Source: a virus (taxonomy: Duplodnaviria; Caudoviricetes). Taken from it: a DNA stretch of 64,000 bases. A model generated the notes under the pieces. That model was not told the DNA's origin and ran no database searches. It saw nothing but the letters and a program-made list of their open reading frames with translations. The stretch lies in IMG/VR virus record IMGVR_UViG_3300037067_007090, positions 1 through 64,000 of that record. The stretch is one strand, 5' to 3'. Below, piece after piece: positions 30,422 through 41,742 of this stretch. The position numbers were made by a program, and so were the translations under genes. The first letter of the stretch is position 1, and each line of letters opens with the position of its first letter.

Positions 30422-31053
30422 CCGAACGGGAGCGCGAAGGATTTGAAAAAATACTAACGCAGGATTTGAAAGCAATCAATCAACGCTTTATCAGTCAGAT
30501 AAAAGATTTCTGGGGAATTGCTCGTAGTAATGTGCTTAAACGAAAAGGATGGGATACTCTCATACTCGAAAAAGAACAACTGGAACGGAAACAAAAAGAA
30601 ATTAAACAAAGAATGCACGAGATAGAAGATATTTTAAATAGTGAAAAATTGAGAGTAGAACAAGTGGTTGAACTCGGTGGAAAATCAAATGAATATGGAC
30701 GATGCGAAGGTGCGAACTTTTATGGAATTCCGATTACATCACAATTTGAATATGAAATTGTAGAATACATCAAAGCAAATATTGACCTCGAAGTGCCGGC
30801 AAAAATGTTGCGTGATGTATGTGAATCATCAATCCGCGCTCTCGTAATGGCTGGAACGTTTGAAGAAGCACGTGGGGCATATGAAAAGTTTTATTCTCTG
30901 GATTTCAGAAAGTATGGTGTTGATATTCCCCCACGATTGGATGATATTTGTGCCAACAAAAATTCAATGTTATATGCTCAACAATCATTGCAACAAATTG
31001 AAAAAGAAAAACCGGATATTAAGTTGATTGAATGTAAGGAGGAGAAAGAATGA
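30409..31053 (+). CDS. hypothetical coiled-coil protein
   Basis: Charged heptad-rich ORF in the operon. Confidence 0.55.
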   Translation: MPKLTEREREGFEKILTQDLKAINQRFISQIKDFWGIARSNVLKRKGWDTLILEKEQLERKQKEIKQRMHEIEDILNSEKLRVEQVVELGGKSNEYGRCEGANFYGIPITSQFEYEIVEYIKANIDLEVPAKMLRDVCESSIRALVMAGTFEEARGAYEKFYSLDFRKYGVDIPPRLDDICANKNSMLYAQQSLQQIEKEKPDIKLIECKEEKE

Positions 31054-31234
31054 AAGATGGTTATAAATTAACAATATTTTTAAGTGTTATAGTAATAATA
31101 TTGGCAATATTTATACATGGCACAGTTATTCATTTAACACAAGTGGGTGAATTTCAAAAATGTGTAAATGCAACACTTTCTGATCCACTCTATTCCACAT
31201 TTGCATGTGATAGACCGGGATGGTGGTTTGGAAT

Positions 31235-33712
31235 ATGAAAATCCTTTTTATCTTACCTAGATTTAATAAAGGTTTCGGAACTGTCTACAATGAAAACGAA
31301 ACCGGTATTGACTATGATTACTTAATGCCCGTGGGAATGCCCTACATCGCTTCTTATCTCAAACACAATGGATGTGATGTCTCGGCATTAAACCTTAATC
31401 ACACACCCGGATTGGTTAAAAACATTGTACAAAAAACTATTACTGACACTCACTATGATTTCGTATTCACCGGCACAATTTCCATAATGTATCCCGCTGT
31501 GCGCGATATAATAAAATATGTACACGAAGCATCTCCCAATACAATAACCGTCTGTGGTGGAGGTATCATTTCGTCTAACCCCGAACTAATGATGAAACTT
31601 ATTAATCCACATTACGGGATTATTTTTGAGGGTGAAGAAACAGCATTAGAGTTGATACAAACTATTGAGAAGGGGCAATCTGTGGAAAATGTTAAAGGTA
31701 TTATTTATTCAACAACATGGCCTATTCCAACGTTTACTAAAACACAACCACGCCCCCAAATCAAAAACCTAGATGCACTCCCGTTTCCCGATCTTGAACT
31801 ATTCGGTTATTCCGAATACTTGAAACACCAAGAACTTGGCGGTTGGAATCAATATCCACGAGATTATCCACCGCGCCCGTATATGTTGGTTTCAGCGCGC
31901 GGTTGTTCGGCAAATTGTTTATCAGGAGACACTTTAATTGCAACCACAAATGGCAACATTAAAATAAAAGATCTCGTTGGGCAGACCCCAAAAGTTCTTA
32001 CACGAGATCCAATTACAAAAGATGTATTATATGCACAGTCCTCAATAGTTGCTAAAACCGGAGAAAATAAAAATCTCGTTAGAGTTTCATTTAAAGAGGG
32101 GGGATATATTGACTGTACACCAGATCACAAATTTGTAAAATTTTTAAACTCAAACCAATATGTCCCGTTGAGAGAGTATGAAACGGAAGCACAATTTTTG
32201 AGACCCGGTGATAGTGTTCGTGCTGTTCATTATAAATTGAGCACCACTGGTTACACGATTATAATATGGGGAAGGAAAAAGCATCGATATCAGCACACTT
32301 TAATAATGGAATCTATGATTGGAAGGAAACTCTCACAATACGAAAGGGTTCATCACAATGATCATAATCAAATAAATAATGTTGAAAAAAATTTAACACT
32401 TACCGACAATCATAAACATATCCCAACTTACCATCCAGAACTATCACAACGTATGAAAGATAATAATCCCGCAAAAAATCTACCACACGAATTTTTTGTG
32501 CAACGCGGAAAAGAACAACGTGGTAAAGTTCGCTCTATAGAATCCAGAATGAATTATAAAGCATCCAAAACGGGGAATAAAAATCCGATGTGGAAAGGTG
32601 GTTGTGGAAGAACAACAAAATCCCGTATACCCGGGCAACCAGATGTAAATCACGTAGTTAAAAGCGTTGAACCACTAGATGGGTTACATAATACGTATTG
32701 TTTAGAAGTGCCGGGATATAATTGGTTCTATGCCAACGACGTTCTTGTTCATAATTGCACATTTTGCTACCACACAACCGGCCCAAAATACCGCTACCGT
32801 TCCGCAGAAAATATAATGTCAGAAATCAAATACGTTGTTGAAAAATACCACATTAACTTCTTCACATTTCTTGACGAATTGTTTTCATACGATAAAGCGC
32901 GCGCACTTGAATTCTGCCGACAATTTAAAGAATATCAGAAAACCATTCCGTGGCGAATTGAAATGTATTGCAATCTGCGCGTTGATTGCGCGGACGCAGA
33001 ACTTCTTGATGCCATGAAATCCTGTGGGAATGTAGTTATCGGATTAGGTCTCGAAAGTTACAACCAAAAAGTTCTCGATTCAATGCGAAAACACATAACA
33101 CCCGCGCAGATTGAAACCACGCTTGGAATGATCGCAGAAAGAAATCTTGTTCCGCAAGGGGGGTTCATCTTTGGAGATAATGCAGAAACACTTTCCACCG
33201 CACGCACTACTTTACAATTCATTCGAGAACACCCACATCTTTCACGAGGTGGTTTATTTATGGGCTTTATTATTCCGTTTCCCGGGACCGCTATTTATAA
33301 ACATGCTTTACAAAATGGAATCATAAAAGATGAAATAGAATTTATTAATAAATTGACAAGCACGGATTATAATTATGATAACGTATGTAATCTCACAAAT
33401 TTATCAGATGAAGATTTTGACACGTTGAAAAATGAAGTGTTCACTTTAAAATACACAGCAATTCCCGTATCTGTTCCAACAAAAATAACCAATGATGAAA
33501 TCTTTGTAAAATGCCCCCATTGTGGGAAGATGCAAACTTATAAAACAACTAAACGACCACATGCGCAATTCAGCGTGGGGGTAATTTGTAATAACCCCGA
33601 ATGTAATGGAAGATTTGAAATGGGCACACGATATATTCAATTGGGGAGACTCGCTGTAAAGTTATTGGGATTTAAAAGAATGCGACGGATTAAAAATTGG
33701 ATGGGGATTTGA
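31235..33712 (+). CDS. B12-binding radical SAM enzyme (class B methyltransferase-like) with intein
   Basis: N-terminal cobalamin-binding domain (PVGMPYIAS, CGGG, GEGE); RGCSAN[intein]CTFC; DELF, GLES, FIFG, IPFPGT. Confidence 0.88.
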   Translation: MKILFILPRFNKGFGTVYNENETGIDYDYLMPVGMPYIASYLKHNGCDVSALNLNHTPGLVKNIVQKTITDTHYDFVFTGTISIMYPAVRDIIKYVHEASPNTITVCGGGIISSNPELMMKLINPHYGIIFEGEETALELIQTIEKGQSVENVKGIIYSTTWPIPTFTKTQPRPQIKNLDALPFPDLELFGYSEYLKHQELGGWNQYPRDYPPRPYMLVSARGCSANCLSGDTLIATTNGNIKIKDLVGQTPKVLTRDPITKDVLYAQSSIVAKTGENKNLVRVSFKEGGYIDCTPDHKFVKFLNSNQYVPLREYETEAQFLRPGDSVRAVHYKLSTTGYTIIIWGRKKHRYQHTLIMESMIGRKLSQYERVHHNDHNQINNVEKNLTLTDNHKHIPTYHPELSQRMKDNNPAKNLPHEFFVQRGKEQRGKVRSIESRMNYKASKTGNKNPMWKGGCGRTTKSRIPGQPDVNHVVKSVEPLDGLHNTYCLEVPGYNWFYANDVLVHNCTFCYHTTGPKYRYRSAENIMSEIKYVVEKYHINFFTFLDELFSYDKARALEFCRQFKEYQKTIPWRIEMYCNLRVDCADAELLDAMKSCGNVVIGLGLESYNQKVLDSMRKHITPAQIETTLGMIAERNLVPQGGFIFGDNAETLSTARTTLQFIREHPHLSRGGLFMGFIIPFPGTAIYKHALQNGIIKDEIEFINKLTSTDYNYDNVCNLTNLSDEDFDTLKNEVFTLKYTAIPVSVPTKITNDEIFVKCPHCGKMQTYKTTKRPHAQFSVGVICNNPECNGRFEMGTRYIQLGRLAVKLLGFKRMRRIKNWMGI
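31916..32755 (+). mobile_element. intein (280 aa) with HNH endonuclease inside the radical SAM CxxxCxxC motif
   Basis: SAN|CLSGDT...CTPDHKF...YANDVLVHN|CTFC; internal HTLIME...VHHNDHNQINNVEKNL HNH and GNKNPMWKGG. Confidence 0.92.
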
Positions 33713-34420
33713 TGACCATAAAAATTCCATTGTCAATTTTAAAATATATTGCAGATCGACAAACCGAGTTTCAGACCGCGTGGAACATATATCAATATGT
33801 TTTTCCAATCGTGACGTTTGAAACATTTGCTATGTTGGCTTGTGAAAAATTTGGGATATATGGCAATGCTGCCATTCTTATTTATATAATTATTCCAATA
33901 ATAGGATTTATCGGAGTTGTAATATCAGGGAGAGTTTTAATACGATCCGATTATCAATATTTATTTATGAAAAATTCAGCGGATTTGAATAAGGATTGGA
34001 AGGAAGTCGTGACTATATTAAGAGAGTTGAAGGAGAGGAAATAAAATGGAAGAATTTATAGAATTTTGGCCCATGGTTAAATGTTTAATATTTCCACATA
34101 TTATGGGAATATTATTTGGAATATTCGTTGGAATCTCGATATATATATTATTGTTTTCAAAAAAATATATATCCTTTTTATATAATTGGAATAATGTAAT
34201 AAAAATCGCTCCATTTTTAATAATATCACTTATGGGAGGAATATTAGGAATATTAAAAATTATAGAATTTGCAAGTGAAACGCAACCTATTTATCATATG
34301 TGGGCATATATAATGGGATGTCAAATGATAATCATTTCTTATGGAATGATAACCGGATTTGGTTGTGGTGGAGCGATTGGATATTTTATTAATAAATTCA
34401 TGGATAAATTGGAGGATTAA
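33712..34420 (+). CDS. two small membrane proteins (33712-34044, 34046-34420)
   Basis: Hydrophobic helices; coupled to flanking genes. Confidence 0.55.
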
Positions 34421-34421
34421 A

Positions 34422-35291
34422 ATGAACCGCGTATTTTGGAACCCAATAGTAAAACCAACACCACTATATTTTGAATTGTTGCGAGAATTTAATTGCAAAA
34501 AATATAATGACAATCTTCCACTCGTAAGTATTGTCATTCCTGCTTATAATTCTGGAAAATACATCGGAGAATGCCTACAATCCGTTATCAACCAAACTTA
34601 CACAAACTGGGAATGTTTTATTGTTCTCGCACCATGCACAGATAATACATTGGATGAAATATGGAAATGCATTAATGTAGATGATCCAAATCCAAAAATC
34701 CGTATTATACGGGAAGATAAAAAATCTAATTGTGCGACCGCGCGCAATAAGGGGTTTAATGAATGTTCTGGTAAATATGTTACTTTCCTAGATGCTGATG
34801 ATTGGTGGGAACCACAAAACTTGGAAAGAATGGTTATGGCAATGGAAAACTATATCAATTCAGATTTGGATTGGTGTGTGCATTGCCAAAAAATGCATAA
34901 AGATAATAAGGAACAAATTATTATGGAGATGCCCGGTACACACAACGAGATTGGGGGAATTGGAGGAATATTATTTAAAAAAGAAACATTAGATAAAATA
35001 AAATCTGAATATGGGTATGTGTTTGATGAATCTTTAAAACACACTGATGATGGAGATTTGTCTTTGCGTTTGCGAAAATATAAAGGTAGATTATTCCCAG
35101 AAGTTTTATCTCACTATCGTTGGAACGAAAGCGGGTTGACTGCAACAACGGGCAATATTAATCAATCGTGGGGCATTGTAAAAATTCTTATTAAAAGGGG
35201 TGCGTGGGATTTGCTGCCGTATCATTTGAAGAATTTGGGAGTTTGTATCGTTGAAGAAGTAACGGGGTTTGATTTGGTGAGGAAGAGATGA
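34422..35291 (+). CDS. GT2 glycosyltransferase
   Basis: VSIVIPAYN, ARNKG, FLDADD, DDGD. Confidence 0.88.
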   Translation: MNRVFWNPIVKPTPLYFELLREFNCKKYNDNLPLVSIVIPAYNSGKYIGECLQSVINQTYTNWECFIVLAPCTDNTLDEIWKCINVDDPNPKIRIIREDKKSNCATARNKGFNECSGKYVTFLDADDWWEPQNLERMVMAMENYINSDLDWCVHCQKMHKDNKEQIIMEMPGTHNEIGGIGGILFKKETLDKIKSEYGYVFDESLKHTDDGDLSLRLRKYKGRLFPEVLSHYRWNESGLTATTGNINQSWGIVKILIKRGAWDLLPYHLKNLGVCIVEEVTGFDLVRKR

Positions 35292-35436
35292 AAACGAACT
35301 ACGATATATATTTCCAAGTTTACAACACATCATCTAAAAAATGGGTGAAATATGATAGAACACAGGGGAGAGTCGTGGATATCAAAGACGATGGCGAACC
35401 GTATGAAAATATACAGATATATAATGAGGGGATAAA

Positions 35437-36237
35437 ATGATCCTACCACCCTCCTACTTCGAGATCACAACCAAAATCGGTTGCTCAATCAACTGCCTAA
35501 AATATTGTCCACAGGAAACGATTATTAAAAATTACAAAGGTAATCCTTTAATGACACTTGACCAGTTCAAAAACTTTATGAAAACGGTTCCACAAAATCT
35601 ACCCATTTTCTTTTCTGGTCTATGCGAACCATTCCTTAATCCACAGACAACAGATATGATTATGTGGGCACATCACAAAGGACACCCCATTTCTATATTT
35701 AGCACACTAACCGGATTGACACCAACTAATGCTTGTAGGTTAATTGATATTCCCATCGACAAATTTGTCCTTCACCTCCCCGACGCTTATGGTAATGCCA
35801 AAATCCCACAAACACAAGATTACTTTGAAGCACGCTCCATTATTGAAATGAATGTTAAGCATCTCGAATATATGAACATGGGGTGGGGGTTTATTTCCAA
35901 TAAGTGCGAGGATATGGCGCGCGGTCGGGCCGAATTAAAAAAAGGGCGTAGACTTTGCAACTTCCTAGAATCACCTGCTTATCAACTCCTGCCCAATGGC
36001 AACGTGTTCTTTTGTTGTATGGTGCGCGGGTTGACGGAGAAGGTTGGGTCGTTGTATGAGAATACATATCTAGAGTTGGCAGCGCGACATGGAAAGATCT
36101 CTGATAGATTGCAGAAAGACCAAAATTCTATTTGTCATTATTGTAATGTGTCGGAGAAATATTGGTTGAGGAGAGCGATACAAAAGAAGAATGAGTTGTT
36201 GAAGGGTAAGACGATTATGCAGGTGTTGGGGGTTTGA
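35437..36237 (+). CDS. radical SAM protein with SPASM-like tail (Cx3Cx3C variant)
   Basis: GCSINCLKYCPQ, FSGLCEPFLNP, LLPNGNVFFCC...CHYC. Confidence 0.75.
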   Translation: MILPPSYFEITTKIGCSINCLKYCPQETIIKNYKGNPLMTLDQFKNFMKTVPQNLPIFFSGLCEPFLNPQTTDMIMWAHHKGHPISIFSTLTGLTPTNACRLIDIPIDKFVLHLPDAYGNAKIPQTQDYFEARSIIEMNVKHLEYMNMGWGFISNKCEDMARGRAELKKGRRLCNFLESPAYQLLPNGNVFFCCMVRGLTEKVGSLYENTYLELAARHGKISDRLQKDQNSICHYCNVSEKYWLRRAIQKKNELLKGKTIMQVLGV

Positions 36238-36244
36238 AAACAAT

Positions 36245-38050
36245 TTATTTTTCTATTTTAGAGTGAAGCAATTTTAATCCTTCTTGATAAGTTGGGCATT
36301 CTTCGCATGAAATATAACGTGGCAATGTAGATTTTCCTTTCCCTCTACATAAACATCTACGTTGATTTTTCTTAACATCTTTGGAGAAAAATGAATGTGT
36401 TTCTACGGCCATTCCAAGATATTTGCATTCCATTTCAACACAAAAATGAAGCGGAATCATTTAAGGCTCCACCCACATTCCCTTTTCAAACCATCCTTGC
36501 CCAGACAAGAAATTATTAATTTCTAAAAGCCTCTTGTCGATTTTCTCTTTTTGCTTCTCCAATTTTATTTTTTCCTGCTGCATATTACCAATATACAGAT
36601 CATCGCCATTCTCCGAAAGATAATCACGGAATGCGATTTCTTCTGCGCGCGATGTTGAAAAAGATCTTTTCAAACTCGCATCTATTTCTGGTAAAAGATC
36701 CATAGCATCGGTATAATAAATCTCATAATCTGTATTGAGATTCATATAACTTTTTTGCTTCCCATCGGGTGTCACAACAGCGATATGGGTTGAAACCGAT
36801 TCCTGTGAAGGATCACAGAAATTGAAGTGGCCACGACGACTCGTTACTTGGATGTAGTTGTGGAGTTTCATAATGTCTCCCTCACAATAAAAGACTGACA
36901 ACCAACCGCGCGAAGTAGTTGCAAATCGATAACGCGCATAGGCATTACGTGGACCCATGCTGATGGGCAATAACACCCATATTTTGCGTTTCCATCTTCG
37001 TTCTCTAACATATCGGGAGTCAATCGACCCAATGGTGGATGATCCCCTCCAAAATTATCAGTAACGATTTCATGGAAAAACCAACAGTTGGGGCAGTAGT
37101 GTTGCATTTCTCACTCACTCCATGAATGATCAATTATCTGCGATACTTTGATATCAACTTCTTCGACTTCCAAATCTTTAACCCCATAATATGGTTTTTG
37201 TTTAATCATCTCAATAGCCGTTTCCTTCGTCTTTGCAAGCACAACTCCGCAACCTTGATCATATGAAATGTCGTATGCGTATTTGAATAGTTTCATAGCA
37301 ACCCCTTTAATTTCAAATGGGCATACTGTTCCAAATTCAATGATTCGCTCCATTCATATCCACATTCGTTGCAACCAAAATTTACTTTAACCATCGATCT
37401 TCCTGTCTTTGCGATATATTCTTCATCTCCACATACGATGACTAGATCGTAACCACATGCTGGGCAAATGTCACGTTTCTTTGTGCTCATTTCTCACACA
37501 TCCACATGATCCCCGAAATAACCCAACGGCAAATTAGTTATTTCACACGGTGTTGGAACTGCTTTGCCTGAAAGCAATTCATCAATGCGCTTCAACTTGT
37601 CTTCATAAAACACGACGCGCAACTTGTGCTTTTGAAGATGATTTAAATACATTCGCTTTCGTGTTTGTAGTGTAATAATTTCGTGGTCTTTCATTCTGCG
37701 TCATCTCTCATAGACTCAATGGTTGATTTTAAGCATGAGACATCAACGGTGAAATATTGGCAGGTATCACAATTATATTCCCCGTTTCTAGTTCCGGGAC
37801 AACCACCCTCCCCACTGATTCTATCATCAAGATATGCACACTCTAACAAACAAGCATCAATTTTATCAAGTAAATTATTCTTTACTTTCTTGATTTCATC
37901 TGATATCGGATTGATACGAATTGTTCCTGCAAGACCACGCGCGTTTTTATATTTTTCTTCGGTGTGGTTATCGTCGTCTTCTACATAGTCTCCAAACTTT
38001 TCAATTTGAACATTTGTGATTACATATTGCCCTTCCGTGTTCATTTTCAC
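36245..38050 (-). CDS. run of small hypothetical ORFs, several Cys/Zn-finger type
   Basis: Coupled minus-strand ORFs (36245-36460, 36461-36871, 36868-37107, 37293-37490, 37494-37694, 37691-38050) with CxxC motifs. Confidence 0.5.
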
Positions 38051-38150
38051 AACTCCAAACTTTCTATAACATACTACGCGTTTAAAATATTTATACCTAA
38101 CGGTCTGAATATTTATAATTATAAAAAAAGAAATTTAAAAAATATTTATT

Positions 38151-38381
38151 TTAAGCCTTGCCCGCGTTCTTCATCGGAGCCCGCTCAATGCGACCGCTCT
38201 TACCGAGGAAATACAAGTAACCGGGTTCCTTCTTAACCGCTTCCTTGCTTACCGTCTTCCTAGAACCGGTCTTGTTTGACTTCGCGGGAACACGATCAAC
38301 GTTTCCATCCTTTGTAATACAATAAAGGTATCCTTTCTCACGCGTAATAACTTCTTTACCAACAATTTCACTATTAGTCAT
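38151..38381 (-). CDS. small basic protein with internal duplication, possible nucleoid-associated protein
   Basis: Two repeats, REKGYLYCITKDGNVDRVP and KEPGYLYFLGKSGRIERAP; Lys/Arg rich; own TATA and AGGAG RBS. Confidence 0.6.
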   Translation of the reverse strand: MTNSEIVGKEVITREKGYLYCITKDGNVDRVPAKSNKTGSRKTVSKEAVKKEPGYLYFLGKSGRIERAPMKNAGKA

Positions 38382-38563
38382 ATTTTAAAATTCTCCTAAA
38401 AACGTCTAATCGTTTCATCGATTGACACTACAATGTATGCACTTCTAGTTTATATACTTTTCGTCTACTTACGATGAAAATGTAAAAAAGATGAAAGATA
38501 TTTTAAAAACGCGCGAGGGGAAAGGTTTATTATGTTTTGAGACTAATACGTATATTGATAATC

Positions 38564-39154
38564 ATGACCAAAAAAGAAAAACAACCACGCGACGGAATGG
38601 GAAAGTTTGTAAAACAAACACCTATGATCGCATTACACAGCAAAGATGGATCGACTGCTTATTTCTCTTCCGTGGAGGAGATGGAGAAGTTTACAAAAAC
38701 GAGCAATCTTAAATTTAAAGAACGAATAGATAATAACAAACCAATCGCGCTTTATGGTGAGAATGGAAATGTCGCATACTTCACAAAGGAAGAACTTGCT
38801 GGTTTTAAAAACCCGGATTGTGAACCGGCGACAAAAGGTTTCGTTAAATGTTTGATGAGGAAAACACGCAATCATACACACATTATAAGATGGGAGGGAA
38901 CACCAATATCATTATCATTGCTTGGTGGATGTATCGCCAGTATTATTCTTGGGGCCGGTTGCCTTTCGGTTAATGAAACTGCACGAAACATCGGGAATCA
39001 ATATTTTGTCCCGGTTTTTCTATTTACAATTGTAGTCACTTGTATATTTTGCGAATTTATGAATTTCGAAGTTGAAGAAATTAAAGAGTGTGTTCCACCC
39101 GAACTTCAAAAATACACCCCACCCACGTGCGAGAAGAAGGATGAGTGTGATTAA
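38564..39154 (+). CDS. two-TM membrane protein
   Basis: C-terminal hydrophobic pair; internal repeat IAL(H/Y)xxxGxxAYF. Confidence 0.55.
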   Translation: MTKKEKQPRDGMGKFVKQTPMIALHSKDGSTAYFSSVEEMEKFTKTSNLKFKERIDNNKPIALYGENGNVAYFTKEELAGFKNPDCEPATKGFVKCLMRKTRNHTHIIRWEGTPISLSLLGGCIASIILGAGCLSVNETARNIGNQYFVPVFLFTIVVTCIFCEFMNFEVEEIKECVPPELQKYTPPTCEKKDECD

Positions 39155-39698
39155 TTTTAAAACTTTTTTAAAATCTCTTTTACTAACACCCATTCAAATT
39201 CCACAATTGGAGAAATAACTACTGCTGCTATCAAAGATGATGCAACACTAATAACAGGTGAAACATTTTCCACAATCACTTTATTAAAAAATCCAATCGT
39301 GGTTAAAGTTGTCGGGTCTTGGATGTATTGAAAAATAATGGAGATACTAACAAAAATTATAGAAATACATATCCACTTCAATTTATAAAAATCTAATATC
39401 CGCATTTTTCGTGGTTCGGGTGGGTCTATAAAAATGTGGTCTTTCATTTTAAAACTTATTCTTTTTTCCACATTCCGGACAAACAAATCCAACAACTGCG
39501 TCGGGCGCGCTCACTTTAAATCCACAATATTCTTCGTATCCTTGTTTTTCATATATAACATCTTCGTCATCCAGTGCATCAAAATTGACAAGCACGTGGC
39601 AATGTTCACACTCGTCGTAAATGTCTTTATAATCTTCGTAATCGGAATCTTCGGGATAGATTATTTTCTTCATTAAATACCTCCACTGGGTATTATAT

Positions 39699-40058
39699 TC
39701 ATTTATTTCTCTCCTCCAAAAACTTTAATACTTTAATAGACGCCTCTGTAGCCCCGTGACACACTAAGCAAGTATAACCAACTCTCTGAAGGTATGTCAT
39801 TATCTTTTTCTGTGCCTCGGAAACAACCCCACCTTTTTCCCTTTTAAGCTCAATGTATAACGCCCACGATGGCACAAACAAATCTGGTATGCCTGCCACG
39901 ACGCCCATCTTCTTTAAGCGCACAGCGGTTTTTATAGAACGTTTTTCTCCATTCGGACAATGATAAATTAAAACGCCGGGGAACTTCTGGTGAAACCAAA
40001 TCAAGAAGCCGTATTGGTGCGATGCCTCGGTAGCTTGTTTTGTTGTTTTACTTTTCAT
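39699..40058 (-). CDS. VRR-NUC (PD-(D/E)XK) nuclease / Holliday junction resolvase-like
   Basis: HCPNG...GVVAGIPDLF...IELKREKGGVVSEAQ. Confidence 0.85.
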   Translation of the reverse strand: MKSKTTKQATEASHQYGFLIWFHQKFPGVLIYHCPNGEKRSIKTAVRLKKMGVVAGIPDLFVPSWALYIELKREKGGVVSEAQKKIMTYLQRVGYTCLVCHGATEASIKVLKFLEERNK

Positions 40059-41742
40059 CTTCTTGTAAACCTCCTTCGTTTACTTCGCGCCGGGTAGTGA
40101 GTGTGTGGAATATAATTGCAAATATTTTCTACAATAGACGACCCAATATCAGTTACAACTAACGAGACTATTAAAGAACAAACCCATTCTGGGCATGTAT
40201 AATTTAAAACAAACCATACAGAAATCCAAAATAAAATAACAAACGCAACATTTATAATCAAATTGGTTTGCGCAACAACAATTACTAAATAAATTACAAA
40301 ACATGGAATTAAAATAGAAAGAGCAGTCTTTAAAATTTCTGAAATGATGTTAAATATTTTTATATTTCTTCCCCCACATCCCTTTTATATTACCAGCATT
40401 TTTATTCACGCTAGATCGTTTACAAATACTATAATACTTTCCCGTTACAGGATTATAAACCTTTTGTTCGGACTTCGCATATAAAATTTTATAAATATCT
40501 TTAACCGCGCCGTCAATTATCCTGCATTCACGCTCTGCTTTATTGATGGGCAAATTTATTTGAATCTTTAAAAGGTTCATAACTATTTCGTCGTGTTGTT
40601 CTTGTGTGTATTCATAGTATGGTGTTGTTGTCATTTCATTCTACCCCACAATAAATATCATAATAACTCTCACTCGGATAAATATAATAACTACATCTAT
40701 TATTGTCTATTAATATATTATACTTTGCACTACTTATCATAGGGAAATCAACTTCGGAATTGTTATCGGTGTAACTATACATTTCTTGTGTATTTCGAAA
40801 ACACTCATTACTCATTTTTATAGAAACATTTATTCCTTTTTGTTCGTGTCGAATATGAAATTTTACATAATGTGGAATATATGTAAAATCCTCATGTGTA
40901 TAATTTTGATATGCGAAATTGTAATTTTTATCCACCCCCAAATAATTATATAAAAAATTACAGTAATTACTATAAACAATATCATTTGTTTTAAATGACA
41001 TATCTTGCTCGTGTGTAAAATATAAAACAAGACCAAACAATGTGCAGCCAATTAGCATACACATTATAATAAAAATAAATGTGTGTTTCATACCTCACAC
41101 CACCCCACAAACCTTTCTCGGAATCCACCATATCAATAATGCCACTACTGCCCATAATACAAAAATTGATGCGCCATTTAATGTTTCTCTTATTGTCATG
41201 GTTTCCTCTTCGGTATATTAAAATAATAATGCCCGCCGCGTTCCGTCTTTTGCCAATACAATATCCAAAACACTTTATTCTTTTCGAGAGCACTAATTAT
41301 TTCTTCGTTGCCACTCCATCCACCGGTGTGCAATTCAAGTTCACGCGTGTTCTTGTCGTATTTGAAATAACCAATATCTGCATATGCCCACATGCTTTTT
41401 ATCATACAAATAAGATCGCATGGTTCTGGGTTTTTAATGCAGTCGTAGGTTTCGATGTAGTTTAGGTTTGTCATGTTTCCTCCTTCAATCTCTTAATTAA
41501 CCAATTAGAAAATCGAACATATCCCATATATAACAATGCAATAATAGATATAACGAGCATTGTTATCCCAAAAAATAAAATCGGCGCTGCCGCTAATGAT
41601 GGCGTATTATTTGGTAGAAGGTGTAATACGATAAGCGAAAATACAAAACACTCAATCCCAGATATAAAAAATTCAAACACAACCGGATCGCAAGTTTGCA
41701 TCTTTCCCCTATCTCTTGCTTCTTGTATTGGTGTTGGCATTT

